A stretch of DNA of 60,755 bases from an uncultured Gammaproteobacteria bacterium (GTDB lineage: Bacteria > Patescibacteriota > Patescibacteriia > CAYZDG01). The notes beneath the pieces were generated by a model that was given only the letters and a program-made list of their open reading frames with translations, was not told the origin of the DNA and made no database searches. Below, in pieces: positions 49,414-56,967 of the stretch (position 1 is its first letter; each line of letters opens with the position of its first letter). Both the position numbers and the translations under genes were made by a program. The DNA is taken from the NCBI GenBank assembly GCA_964536515.1, contig CAZHXI010000001.1, forward strand, positions 97,480 through 158,234, read 5' to 3'.

Positions 49414-50055
49414 TCAGGCGACGGCTTCGGCGTGCCTCGGCTGAGGCTTCGACCTGGTGGTCACCAGCTGCTGCGCGGCGGCTACACGCTCGGGCCTCGC
49501 CGGGTTGAGCTCGTTCCCCCCGCTGATGAGGCGTTCGGCTTGGGCAACCAGGTAGGCATCGAATTCGGCTCGGCTCACCGCCCCCGGGGGGCTGCCGTAC
49601 TTGGCCGGCAGGAAGCCGATGCTCCGGATCGGGTCTGCCAGGTGCTGCTGCACGAGCTCGATCCGCGCCCAGGCTTCGTTCGGCGACGCCATGGCCAGAC
49701 GCAGATGCCGCTTGACCGTGTTCTTGCTCATGCCCGCGTCTCCTTCGGTTTCGCGGAACCGCCGGCCGCAGGCGCGGATGCCGTCACCGCCGGCCAGCGT
49801 CAGCAGGACGAGGCCGATGGTCTCATCGGGTAGGCGGCTGTCCCAGTAGGCGGTGCCGTTCCGTTCACTGAATGTCTTTTCGCACGACGTGCAGGTCAGC
49901 AGGCGAATCTGGTTACGGCCGTAGCGCGTGTACAGGCGGACGTTGCTGCGGCCGGCTAGGCCGTGGTCTGGGCAGGCCGGATTCGGGCAGCTCAGTACGT
50001 CGAGGCCCCGTTCGGCTAGCCTAGCCGGAGCGGAAACAATGTGTGCATTCCTCAA
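49414..50055 (-). CDS. Orphan transposase-like Zn-ribbon + HTH protein (no catalytic domain)
   Basis: 'CPNPACPDHG...RLLTCTSCEKTFSERNGTAYW' looks like an IS1/IS1595-type zinc ribbon. 'LTLAGGDGIRACGRRF...SKNTVKRHL' looks like an HTH. No DDE or other catalytic region follows. Confidence 0.5.
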   Translation of the reverse strand: MRNAHIVSAPARLAERGLDVLSCPNPACPDHGLAGRSNVRLYTRYGRNQIRLLTCTSCEKTFSERNGTAYWDSRLPDETIGLVLLTLAGGDGIRACGRRFRETEGDAGMSKNTVKRHLRLAMASPNEAWARIELVQQHLADPIRSIGFLPAKYGSPPGAVSRAEFDAYLVAQAERLISGGNELNPARPERVAAAQQLVTTRSKPQPRHAEAVA

Positions 50056-50181
50056 GATGCTTCTCCAATTCTGTGATGGATGTATTTAAAGGGCCAATAG
50101 AAATTGCAACCGAAGTATTTAGCCAGACGAGGGGAAATTAGTCAAGGCAGGGGCGTACCCGTAAAGGAAAACCAGCCATTG

Positions 50182-50628
50182 CTACCGGAACCGCGCCGCT
50201 AGTTGGCCCCAGCGCTTACCGCGGATAACCTCGTTCGTCTCGGTTTCCTCTAGCTTGAACGCCTCGGTGAAGTAGGCGATTACCGCCTGGCTATCTAGCT
50301 GGTTCTGGCAGGTGTACACGTCTATCGAAACGAATCGGTCAGCCGGGAAGGTGTGGATGCTGATGTGGCTCTCGGCGATCATGACGAAGCCAGATAGGCC
50401 ACCCGGATCCTTGGTTTCGTTGCCGCCCACCCGTACGACGTAGGGCGTGGTGATGGTGTGCATGTGCAGCTTTGCCGGCAGCTGCTCTAGGCAACTGAAT
50501 ACGCCGTCCATGCTGTCCAGTAGACTGGCGTCGGCGCCGTAGCCATCTAGCATTAGGTGAACTCCGAAGTGGCTCAGCGACGCTGAATCATCCCGAGCAG
50601 TGCGAGGGATCCCACCCTGTTCATTCAT
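50182..50628 (-). CDS. speH: S-adenosylmethionine decarboxylase proenzyme (small prokaryotic type)
   Basis: Self-cleavage and active-site motif 'IAESHISIHTFPA...SIDVYTC'. The ATG at 50628 lies within the track ORF. Confidence 0.8.
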   Translation of the reverse strand: MNEQGGIPRTARDDSASLSHFGVHLMLDGYGADASLLDSMDGVFSCLEQLPAKLHMHTITTPYVVRVGGNETKDPGGLSGFVMIAESHISIHTFPADRFVSIDVYTCQNQLDSQAVIAYFTEAFKLEETETNEVIRGKRWGQLAARFR

Positions 50629-50733
50629 AGCAAAGGCAGTATACAGAAGCCAGCCCCAGCGGGGGAGGGGAATGTGAAACCGCCCCCTCACCTTTCGCTT
50701 TGCGAACAGGCGTGGGGGCGGTTCGGTGGTTGG

Positions 50734-51156
50734 TCAGCGTTCGTCGGTAGTGACGTACCGAGCATTGGCTGTTTTCTCTTCGTCGGCCGTTGCAGCAAAT
50801 ATGCTGCTCGCGGCGACAATGTTCTTCGTGTAACTCCGGCATTCACCGGAGACTTCGAAGAAGGTACCGTGCGGATTCTTGTACACGTTGTACCGCAGGG
50901 TACGAACATCGAATCCGCTGTAGTCGAGCAGATCGTCGTACGCTGTTCCCAGGTATTGGGCGAGATCACCGGCGACCAGCTCTTCAAATGACTGCGGCTC
51001 GGGGTAGTCGCCCCGGTGATCGGCGGCGTAGTCGGTAATGGCGGCGCGGACCGCATTCAGCTGCGCCTTAGCTACAGCTTCGTCGTGCGTGTTGCCAAGG
51101 TAGGCAACTAACCCAACGGTGCCGACGATGAAGGCGACCACGAATACCTTAAACAT
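50734..51156 (-). CDS. Small membrane-anchored hypothetical protein (GspG-like 'DYAADHRGDYPEP' motif)
   Basis: N-terminal TM 'MFKVFVVAFIVGTVGLVAYLG'. A very AT-rich upstream region lies at 51157-51256. Confidence 0.45.
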   Translation of the reverse strand: MFKVFVVAFIVGTVGLVAYLGNTHDEAVAKAQLNAVRAAITDYAADHRGDYPEPQSFEELVAGDLAQYLGTAYDDLLDYSGFDVRTLRYNVYKNPHGTFFEVSGECRSYTKNIVAASSIFAATADEEKTANARYVTTDER

Positions 51157-51256
51157 CTTTCTCTCCTTGCCCCACAGGGGCCGGTATGTGAATGAAACAG
51201 TTAACTATCTAATAATTATATGTTAGCATATTAATCAAATAATGTCAATATTAATG

Positions 51257-51680
51257 GTGTCATTGCGAGGGGGCACGTAGTCGTGCCGACGAAGCAAGCT
51301 GCATCTGCTCAGTCGTCTTGAGGTACCTGGAGATCAACCCAGAACGGATTGTGGGTACAAATCAGCTGCAACTTCTTGGATCGCGACCCGCCCTTCAGCT
51401 GCTTCTCTCTGGCGATCGCTGATGCCGGATCGTCGTACTGCTCGAAGTGAACCAGCCGTTTGACGTTGTACCTGGCGGTGAATGACGAGGGGTACGTTTT
51501 GCAAACATGGTCCCAAACCCGTTGCGCTAGCTTACTCGTAACGCCGACGTACAGGGTAGTGCCCGTATAGTTTGCCAGAATGTAGACGTAGTATTTTTTG
51601 TTTCGCATAGCACGTGGATACAGGTTGCTTCGTCCCCTTCGACTCCGCTGCGCTCCGCTCAGGATCCTCGCAAGGACACG
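51257..51680. mobile_element. Split CATTGCGAG hairpin repeat with a GIY-YIG gene in its loop
   Basis: The left half, 51257-51299, is GTGTCATTGCGAGG...GACGAAGCAAGC. The right half, 51623-51679, is GGTTGCTTCGTC...CCTCGCAAGGACAC. The halves are complementary at the outer stem (13/14) and the inner stem (10/12). Mobility is inferred. Confidence 0.5.
51309..51608 (-). CDS. GIY-YIG nuclease family protein (small, URI-domain only)
   Basis: 'KKYYVYILANYTGTTLYVGVTSKLAQRVWDH...ASAIAREKQLKGGSRSKK'. The track ORF's 53-aa N-terminal extension is read-through of the repeat arm. Confidence 0.85.
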   Translation of the reverse strand: MRNKKYYVYILANYTGTTLYVGVTSKLAQRVWDHVCKTYPSSFTARYNVKRLVHFEQYDDPASAIAREKQLKGGSRSKKLQLICTHNPFWVDLQVPQDD

Positions 51681-51773
51681 GTGTTGGGTGGCAAAGCGGC
51701 CGTCTAGTACTTGCGCCGTCGCGAGACGGCGCTGGCGCTGGGGTTCGTGGGGTACGGTCGGTAGCATTGCTAG

Positions 51774-53225
51774 ATGCGTCGGAGCGATATTGTGCAGCTC
51801 GTTTGCCTGGGCACAGGTGCGGGAATGGTCGCCGGTAGCTACGCCTCGCTCGTCGCTCTTGCGGTAGCAGCGGGGATCGTTTATCTAGGCGGCGTCACTC
51901 TGAGACGTGGCGCGTTCGGATTGATCCTTGCCATCGCCGTGCTGCTCGGTGGTTTGCGGTGGAATCACGCCACGGCTATTGGTCCAGCCGATGTGTCGCG
52001 CCTGGCGACCGGTGAGGCGCAGCTTGTATCTGGAACAGTGTCGGACGAGCCCGAGCTGCTGGGAGAACGGCAGCGGGTGGTTCTATCCGAGGTCGCGGTG
52101 GATGGTGCGTCGGTATCCGGTGGCATCCGCGCTAGCCTCAGCCGCTACCCGCAGTACAGCTACGGCCAGCAGCTGCAGCTCTCGTGCAAGCTTACGCCCG
52201 CAGAAGATTCACCGGGTGTCGCCAGCCTGCGTCGCAGGAACATTGGCGCGCTGTGCGGCAGCCCATCGGGCATCCGGATTCTTGGTGAAGCATCATCTGG
52301 CGTAAGGGGCATGCTCCTGCGTCTGCGGGCCAAGCTGCAGGCCAGCGTAAACGGCAGCCTGCCCGAGCCCCAGGCTAGCCTGCTGGCCGGCATCCTGTGG
52401 GGCGCCAGAACTGGATTGCCGCAGGGCGTGCAGGATGACTTCAAGGTTGCCGGTATGTCGCACCAGGTGGCGGTGAGCGGCTTCAATACAACCATCATTG
52501 CGACGGCGCTGGGGGCGCTTCTGTTTCGTGTAGGCTTAGCGCGGGGAGCTGTTGCTGCAACGTCTGCGTTGGGTATCGCTGCGTTCGCCGTCTTGAGCGG
52601 CGGCTCGGCTGCGGTCGTCCGCGCCGCGGCGATGTCCTCAGCTGTTCTGGCTGCGCGCACCGTCGGCCGTCCGGCAGCGGCCGGCTACGTCCTAACCGTC
52701 GCTGCGTTCGCCATGGTTCTGTGGAACCCGTGGCTCATCTACGACGTCGGCTTCCAGCTATCGCTGGCGGCCACGGCAGGCCTGGTCTACATCAGCCCGG
52801 CGCTGGAGCCCGTGGTCCGCTGGCTGCCGGAACGTTTCGCCCTGCGGGAGAATATGGCGACTACGCTCGCAGCGACGCTGGCGACTCTGCCGATTACCGT
52901 GGCTCACTTCGGGCAGTTCTCGGTCGTCGGCCTGCTGGCGAACGCCGTTACGCTGCCGCTGCTGCCGCTCACCATGGCTTTGGGAGGCATTGCCGTGGGC
53001 GCAGGGATGCTGCTGCCGTCGCTGGGCGCAGCGGCCGGCATCGTTACCTGGCTGCCGCTGACGTACCTGCTGGGCGTGGCGCACGTAGCCGCGCTCATCC
53101 CCGGCGCCGCGGTGGTTACCCAGCCGCTCGGCTGGTGGGCGGCGTTCCTGTACCTGCCGCTGGTAGCTGTAGTCTTAAGGCGACAATCCAAACTGCCATG
53201 CCCAGCCGTCGTGCCCGTGCCCTAG
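51774..53225 (+). CDS. comEC: ComEC/Rec2 DNA internalization channel, membrane (competence) domain
   Basis: Polytopic protein with 'LLAGILWGARTGLPQGVQDDFKVAGMSHQVAVSGFN', the core motif of the Competence domain. Confidence 0.85.
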   Translation: MRRSDIVQLVCLGTGAGMVAGSYASLVALAVAAGIVYLGGVTLRRGAFGLILAIAVLLGGLRWNHATAIGPADVSRLATGEAQLVSGTVSDEPELLGERQRVVLSEVAVDGASVSGGIRASLSRYPQYSYGQQLQLSCKLTPAEDSPGVASLRRRNIGALCGSPSGIRILGEASSGVRGMLLRLRAKLQASVNGSLPEPQASLLAGILWGARTGLPQGVQDDFKVAGMSHQVAVSGFNTTIIATALGALLFRVGLARGAVAATSALGIAAFAVLSGGSAAVVRAAAMSSAVLAARTVGRPAAAGYVLTVAAFAMVLWNPWLIYDVGFQLSLAATAGLVYISPALEPVVRWLPERFALRENMATTLAATLATLPITVAHFGQFSVVGLLANAVTLPLLPLTMALGGIAVGAGMLLPSLGAAAGIVTWLPLTYLLGVAHVAALIPGAAVVTQPLGWWAAFLYLPLVAVVLRRQSKLPCPAVVPVP

Positions 53226-54046
53226 TCCTCTCCGCAGTCGTTTTGCTGTACGCCGCTGCCGTCGTCTGGTACCTAGCCAGCCGGCCAGCGCTGCTGACCG
53301 TGGTCGTGTGCGACGTGGGCCAGGGCGACGCCATCCTCATCCGAGCTCCATCCGGCCACGACATTCTGGTAGACGGCGGCAGAACAGATGCAGCTGTCCT
53401 GGCTTGCCTGGGCCGCCACCTGCCGCCGTGGGACAGGACATTGGAGCTAGTCATCCTCTCGCACGGCGACGCAGACCACGTCGGCGGGCTGCCGCAGGTG
53501 GCGGCCCGGTACCGCATCTCGCAGGCAATTTTCAGCGGCGTGGAATCCGAGTCGCAGGTATACCGTGCCTGGGTCGGTAGCCTGCGGCAGCAGGGGGTTA
53601 CGCAGCGTGAGGTTGCGGCGGGGGACACGTTCGATCTCGGCGACGGCGTCCGTGCCGACGTCGTATGGCCAGGGCCGGGCGCAGATCGAACGAACACGAA
53701 TGAATCCAGCGTCGTCATCCGCCTGTCGTACGCCAGCAGCAGCCTGCTCCTAACCGGCGATATCGCCGCGGAGACGGAGCGGGCAATCGTCGCCAGCGGC
53801 GCCGATGTGTCCGCGCAGCTGCTGAAGGTGGCTCACCACGGCAGCCGCTACTCTTCCGACGCCTCCTTCTTAGCCGCGGTGGGGCCAGACGTCGCCCTCA
53901 TTTCGGTGGGAGCCGAGAACAGCTACGGGCACCCGGGGCAGGAGGCGCTCGATCGTCTGATTGCCGCTGGCGCATCCGTCTACCGCACCGACCAGCAGGG
54001 TGACATCGTCTGGCGGACGGACGGCCTCCACTGGAGCTTGAAGTAG
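53198..54046 (+). CDS. ComEC C-terminal metallo-beta-lactamase domain, encoded as a separate overlapping ORF
   Basis: 'VVVCDVGQGDAILIRAPSGHDILVDGG', 'ILSHGDADHVGGL' and 'KVAHHGS'. The ATG at 53198 lies in another frame and overlaps the comEC end by 28 nt. Confidence 0.8.
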   Translation: MPSRRARALVLSAVVLLYAAAVVWYLASRPALLTVVVCDVGQGDAILIRAPSGHDILVDGGRTDAAVLACLGRHLPPWDRTLELVILSHGDADHVGGLPQVAARYRISQAIFSGVESESQVYRAWVGSLRQQGVTQREVAAGDTFDLGDGVRADVVWPGPGADRTNTNESSVVIRLSYASSSLLLTGDIAAETERAIVASGADVSAQLLKVAHHGSRYSSDASFLAAVGPDVALISVGAENSYGHPGQEALDRLIAAGASVYRTDQQGDIVWRTDGLHWSLK

Positions 54047-54076
54047 GGGAGCTGCGCCTGCTACCATGACACCCTT

Positions 54077-54466
54077 ATGCCCACCGCCGCCAAGCAGCAG
54101 GTCCTGATAGTGGAGGACGACACCACCATCGCCGGCATGTACCAGAAGAAGTTCGAGCTGGAGGGCTTCGGCGTAACCATGGCGGCGGACGGAGAGGCGG
54201 GGGTTGCGGCGGCCAAGGCGTCCGCTCCGGCGGTTATCCTGCTGGATATCATCATGCCCAAGATGGACGGCTTCGCCACGCTGCAGGCGCTGAAGGAGGA
54301 CGCGGCGACCAAGGCTATCCCCGTAATCCTGCTCACCAACCTGGGCCAGAACGAGGACGTGGCCAAGGGCACCAAGCTCGGGGCTGTGGGCTACCTCATC
54401 AAGGCCCAGCTGACCCCAGCCGAGGTCGTGGCCAAGGTCCGCGAGCTGCTTGGCAAGAAGCGCTGA
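54077..54466 (+). CDS. Stand-alone response-regulator receiver domain (CheY-like)
   Basis: 'VLIVEDDTTIAGMY...ILLDIIMPKMDGFATLQALKED...PVILLTNLG...KGTKLGAVGYLIK'. Confidence 0.88.
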   Translation: MPTAAKQQVLIVEDDTTIAGMYQKKFELEGFGVTMAADGEAGVAAAKASAPAVILLDIIMPKMDGFATLQALKEDAATKAIPVILLTNLGQNEDVAKGTKLGAVGYLIKAQLTPAEVVAKVRELLGKKR

Positions 54467-54486
54467 CTTTGCTAGCTTTGCCTCCT

Positions 54487-54936
54487 ATGGAGCGGACCCT
54501 AATCCTGTGCAAGCCAGACTGCCTGCAGCGCAACCTGCTGGGTGAGGTCATTGCCCGCTTCGAGCGCAAGGGGTTGAAGATCGTCGGCCTGAAGATGATG
54601 GAGCTGAACGACGTGCTGCTGGACGACCACTACAAGCACCACAAGGATAAGCCGTTCTTCGCCGGGCTCAAGGACTTCATGAAGAGCGCCCCCGTGGTCG
54701 CCATGGTGCTGGAGGGCAAGCAGGCGGTCGCCGCCGTGCGGCTGATCGTGGGCTCTACCAAGGGCGCCGAGGCAGACGCCGGAACCATCCGCGGCGACCT
54801 GGCCATGACCACGCAGAACATCGTCCACGCCTCCGACTCACCGGAGAATGCCGAGGAAGAGGTCGCCCGATTCTTCAAGCCCGACGAGCTGTTCGAGTAC
54901 CGCAAGCTAGACACCGAGCTCATCTACGCCGATTAG
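54487..54936 (+). CDS. ndk: Nucleoside diphosphate kinase
   Basis: 'MERTLILCKPDCLQRNLLGEVIARFERKGLKIVGLK' and 'NIVHASDS'. Confidence 0.93.
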   Translation: MERTLILCKPDCLQRNLLGEVIARFERKGLKIVGLKMMELNDVLLDDHYKHHKDKPFFAGLKDFMKSAPVVAMVLEGKQAVAAVRLIVGSTKGAEADAGTIRGDLAMTTQNIVHASDSPENAEEEVARFFKPDELFEYRKLDTELIYAD

Positions 54937-54962
54937 CGTAGGCTAGCTCAGCGTTAAAGATA

Positions 54963-55073
54963 GCGTGTCTTTGCGAGCCCCGAGACCACGAGGGGCGTGG
55001 CAACCTATAGCCTACGACTCGGCCGTAGGTTGCTTCGTCGTCCACCTACGGTGCCCGCCTCGCAAGGACACGC
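54963..55073. repeat. CATTGCGAG-family hairpin repeat, copy d
   Basis: GCGTGTCTTTGCGAG...GGCAACC...GGTTGCTTCGTCG...CTCGCAAGGACACGC, with 14/15 complementarity in the outer stem. Confidence 0.7.
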
Positions 55074-55104
55074 CTTGTGGCTATTTTTCGTTCCCGTTTT
55101 GAGC

Positions 55105-55110
55105 TATAAT
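55105..55110 (+). promoter_or_regulatory. Consensus -10 box TATAAT flanked by three TTGAGCT repeats
   Basis: TTGAGCT occurs at 55099-55105, 55110-55116 and 55136-55142. The region is AT-rich and lies upstream of the structured leader of tRNA-Pro. Confidence 0.4.
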
Positions 55111-55116
55111 TGAGCT

Positions 55117-55443
55117 ACTCCAATCGTTCGTTTATTTGAGCTCTACAAATAGTGTTCCAAAGGGGGCCTTACATTGGCCTGCGCCTAGGCGCAGTTCTGC
55201 GGGCACCCGGCGGCGACAAGCTGCCAGCGGCTGCGTTCGCCCGGTTAAACCACCCGGTTCAACTCGGTACCCACGGCCCGGCAGCCCGCCACGTCAAACT
55301 TAACGTGGCTCGCCCGGTTATAGAACCCGGGAACTCAAATAGCGAACGTGCGGAGCCAGCCTCGCCGTCTACCGGGAAACCGGTGGCGGCTTTGCGCTGC
55401 CCCGGTTGACGGCAGATGCTCGAATTGTCAGAGTGTCTCCCAT
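55117..55443 (+). ncRNA. Unassigned structured non-coding region upstream of tRNA-Pro
   Basis: No credible ORF. It contains many perfect hairpins, for example 55289-55308 and the GNRA-capped 55364-55390. It also contains an internal ~27-nt direct repeat (55237-55265 and 55310-55336). Confidence 0.4.
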
Positions 55444-55519
55444 CGGGGTATGGCGCAGTTGGTAGCGCGCTTGCATGGGGTGCAAGAGGTCGTGGGTTCG
55501 AGTCCCGCTACCCCGACCA
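55444..55519 (+). tRNA. tRNA-Pro (GGG)
   Basis: Manual fold: acceptor CGGGGUA/UACCCCG, D-arm GCGC/GCGC, anticodon stem CUUGC/GCAAG with loop AUGGGGU (G37), T-arm GUGGG-UUCGAGU-CCCGC, discriminator A and an encoded CCA. Confidence 0.9.
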
Positions 55520-55610
55520 CGCTTAGCCTGGTTATGGGACGCTCAGCGTCCCGACTACTAACCCTTGCCCTGCGGCTGGGGTAGCTGTAGATTGCCCCCA
55601 GCTCTTTCAA

Positions 55611-55966
55611 TTGCCCACGGAAGTACGAGGCGTACCGACCCCTATTCGGTTCCGAAGCTACCCTGATACAGGAACGGAATACCTGCCCGCCCGCGTTACG
55701 GGCGGCGCAGCGAAAACCCCGAATGAAGACCACGGCAGCCTTTGGCTGCGAGGAGTTTGTATGAGACGACGTTCCGTTAACCATACGAGCGGTCCGACCT
55801 AGCCTAAGATAACGGCAGACTCGAACCGGCCGTACAGGCCATAACCCCGTGTCCGGTTTGTCCGGCACAATTACGGCAACCATAACCCTTCCCGAGAGGA
55901 GGCACGATGGTTTGGAGGATGTTCAACAATAAGCTGTAGGGAGCCAAGTACGAGAGCCGTGGGCAA
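55611..55966. ncRNA. Unassigned ~356-nt structured domain closed by a perfect 10-bp long-range helix
   Basis: TTGCCCACGG (55611-55620) is the exact complement of CCGTGGGCAA (55957-55966). Several internal hairpins are present. No credible ORF. Strand undetermined. Confidence 0.4.
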
Positions 55967-55978
55967 ACGAGCAAAAGA

Positions 55979-56005
55979 AGGCAGCCCTCGCGGGCTGCCT
56001 TTTCT
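55979..56005. terminator. Bidirectional terminator AGGCAGCCC-TCGC-GGGCTGCCT with T-runs on both strands
   Basis: Read directly. It lies downstream of rpmB (-) and of the non-coding domain (+). Confidence 0.75.
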
Positions 56006-56042
56006 CTTCGGCGGGGAGAGCCGACGTTGCGACGCAACGTCT

Positions 56043-56225
56043 CTACTTCGCGCCTACCACCTTCTTCACCGTGCGCAGGCAGCTGGTGCAGACCTTCATG
56101 CGGCCTCCGGCTACGCGCCGGCTCTGCAGGTTGATGTGCTGGCGGCGCTTGGCGGCCACGTTGGAGTGGCTACGCCAGTTGGCGCTGGCCGGGCCCCGGC
56201 TGCACATGTCGCAAACTTTTGCCAT
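56043..56225 (-). CDS. rpmB: 50S ribosomal protein L28
   Basis: 'MAKVCDMCSRGPASANWRSHSNVAAKRRQHINLQ...VCTSCLR'. Confidence 0.9.
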   Translation of the reverse strand: MAKVCDMCSRGPASANWRSHSNVAAKRRQHINLQSRRVAGGRMKVCTSCLRTVKKVVGAK

Positions 56226-56294
56226 ATACGGTATCGTTCAGCAGTTCTATTGAGACACATACCTTACCCACGAAGCGTAAACCCGTCAACTGCT

Positions 56295-56918
56295 GTGCTC
56301 ATCGAGTACCTATTCAGCAACCCAGCTGTATTCGTGGCCGCCTTTGCCGCCATTGTCCTGGCGCTGGCCTTCCACGAGTACGCCCACGCCTACGTAGCCT
56401 ACCGGCTGGGGGATGCCACAGCGGCAGATGCCGGCCGCCTCACCCTTAACCCCCTAGCTCACCTGGACCTCGTCGGCACCCTATGCCTGGTCCTGGTCGG
56501 CTTCGGCTGGGGTAAGCCCGTGCCGGTAAATGAGAATAACCTTCGCAATAGGCGCTGGGGCGGGCTGTGGGTATCGCTGGCTGGGCCTGTTTCAAATGTC
56601 ATCCTCGCCCTTGCAGTGGGGGTTATCAGCCGTACGCTGGGCGGCTCGGTGGGGGAGCTGGTAGCCGTTTTCTTTGTCTACTTCGCCGGAATAAACCTAG
56701 TCCTAGCTGCGTTCAATCTGCTGCCCGTGCCGCCGCTAGACGGCAGCAGCATCCTGTTTGCCCTGCTGCCGTACCGCTTCAGGGGCCTGGAGATGCAGCT
56801 GCGCCGCAATGGCCTGTGGATCATTCTGGGGTTGGTGCTTCTGCTCAACGTAGCCAACTGGAACCCCTTCGGGGGGCTGTACGACCTGGGGCAGTGGCTG
56901 GTAGGGTACGGTACTTGA
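56295..56918 (+). CDS. M50-family (site-2 protease-like) membrane metalloprotease
   Basis: 'LAFHEYAHAYVAYRLGD' (HExxH) and 'NLLPVPPLDGSSIL'. The GTG at 56295 was chosen because the upstream part of the track ORF is antisense to rpmB. Confidence 0.75.
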   Translation: MLIEYLFSNPAVFVAAFAAIVLALAFHEYAHAYVAYRLGDATAADAGRLTLNPLAHLDLVGTLCLVLVGFGWGKPVPVNENNLRNRRWGGLWVSLAGPVSNVILALAVGVISRTLGGSVGELVAVFFVYFAGINLVLAAFNLLPVPPLDGSSILFALLPYRFRGLEMQLRRNGLWIILGLVLLLNVANWNPFGGLYDLGQWLVGYGT

Positions 56919-56967
56919 CGTTGCCCAGCCGAATTGTTAGCGTCACCCTCTAGCTACAGACCCAGCC

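Noticed and set aside
49414-50055. A complete insertion sequence.
   Set aside because: The ORF lacks a catalytic transposase domain, and I found no terminal inverted repeats in 49373-49413 versus 50056-50181.
55805-55880. A second tRNA on the minus strand, suggested by GGUUCGAGUC (reverse complement of 55819-55828).
   Set aside because: There is no complementary acceptor stem, the T-stem has a mismatch, and no anticodon arm could be drawn.
55117-55966. RNase P RNA, SRP RNA, 6S RNA or a cobalamin riboswitch as the identity of the non-coding tracts around tRNA-Pro.
   Set aside because: I could not find the universal cores on either strand: GAGGAAAGUCC and ACAGAAnCCGGCUUA for RNase P, or GGAAGCAGC with the helix-8 motifs for SRP. 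The GGGAAACCGGUG...GCUGCCCC string only loosely resembles a B12 element, and the downstream gene is a tRNA. The tracts are left unassigned.
55959-56294. N-terminal 112 aa of track ORF 55959..56918 as part of the M50 protease.
   Set aside because: This part is antisense to rpmB and the terminator and has no protein-like features. The GTG at 56295 just precedes the first TM helix.
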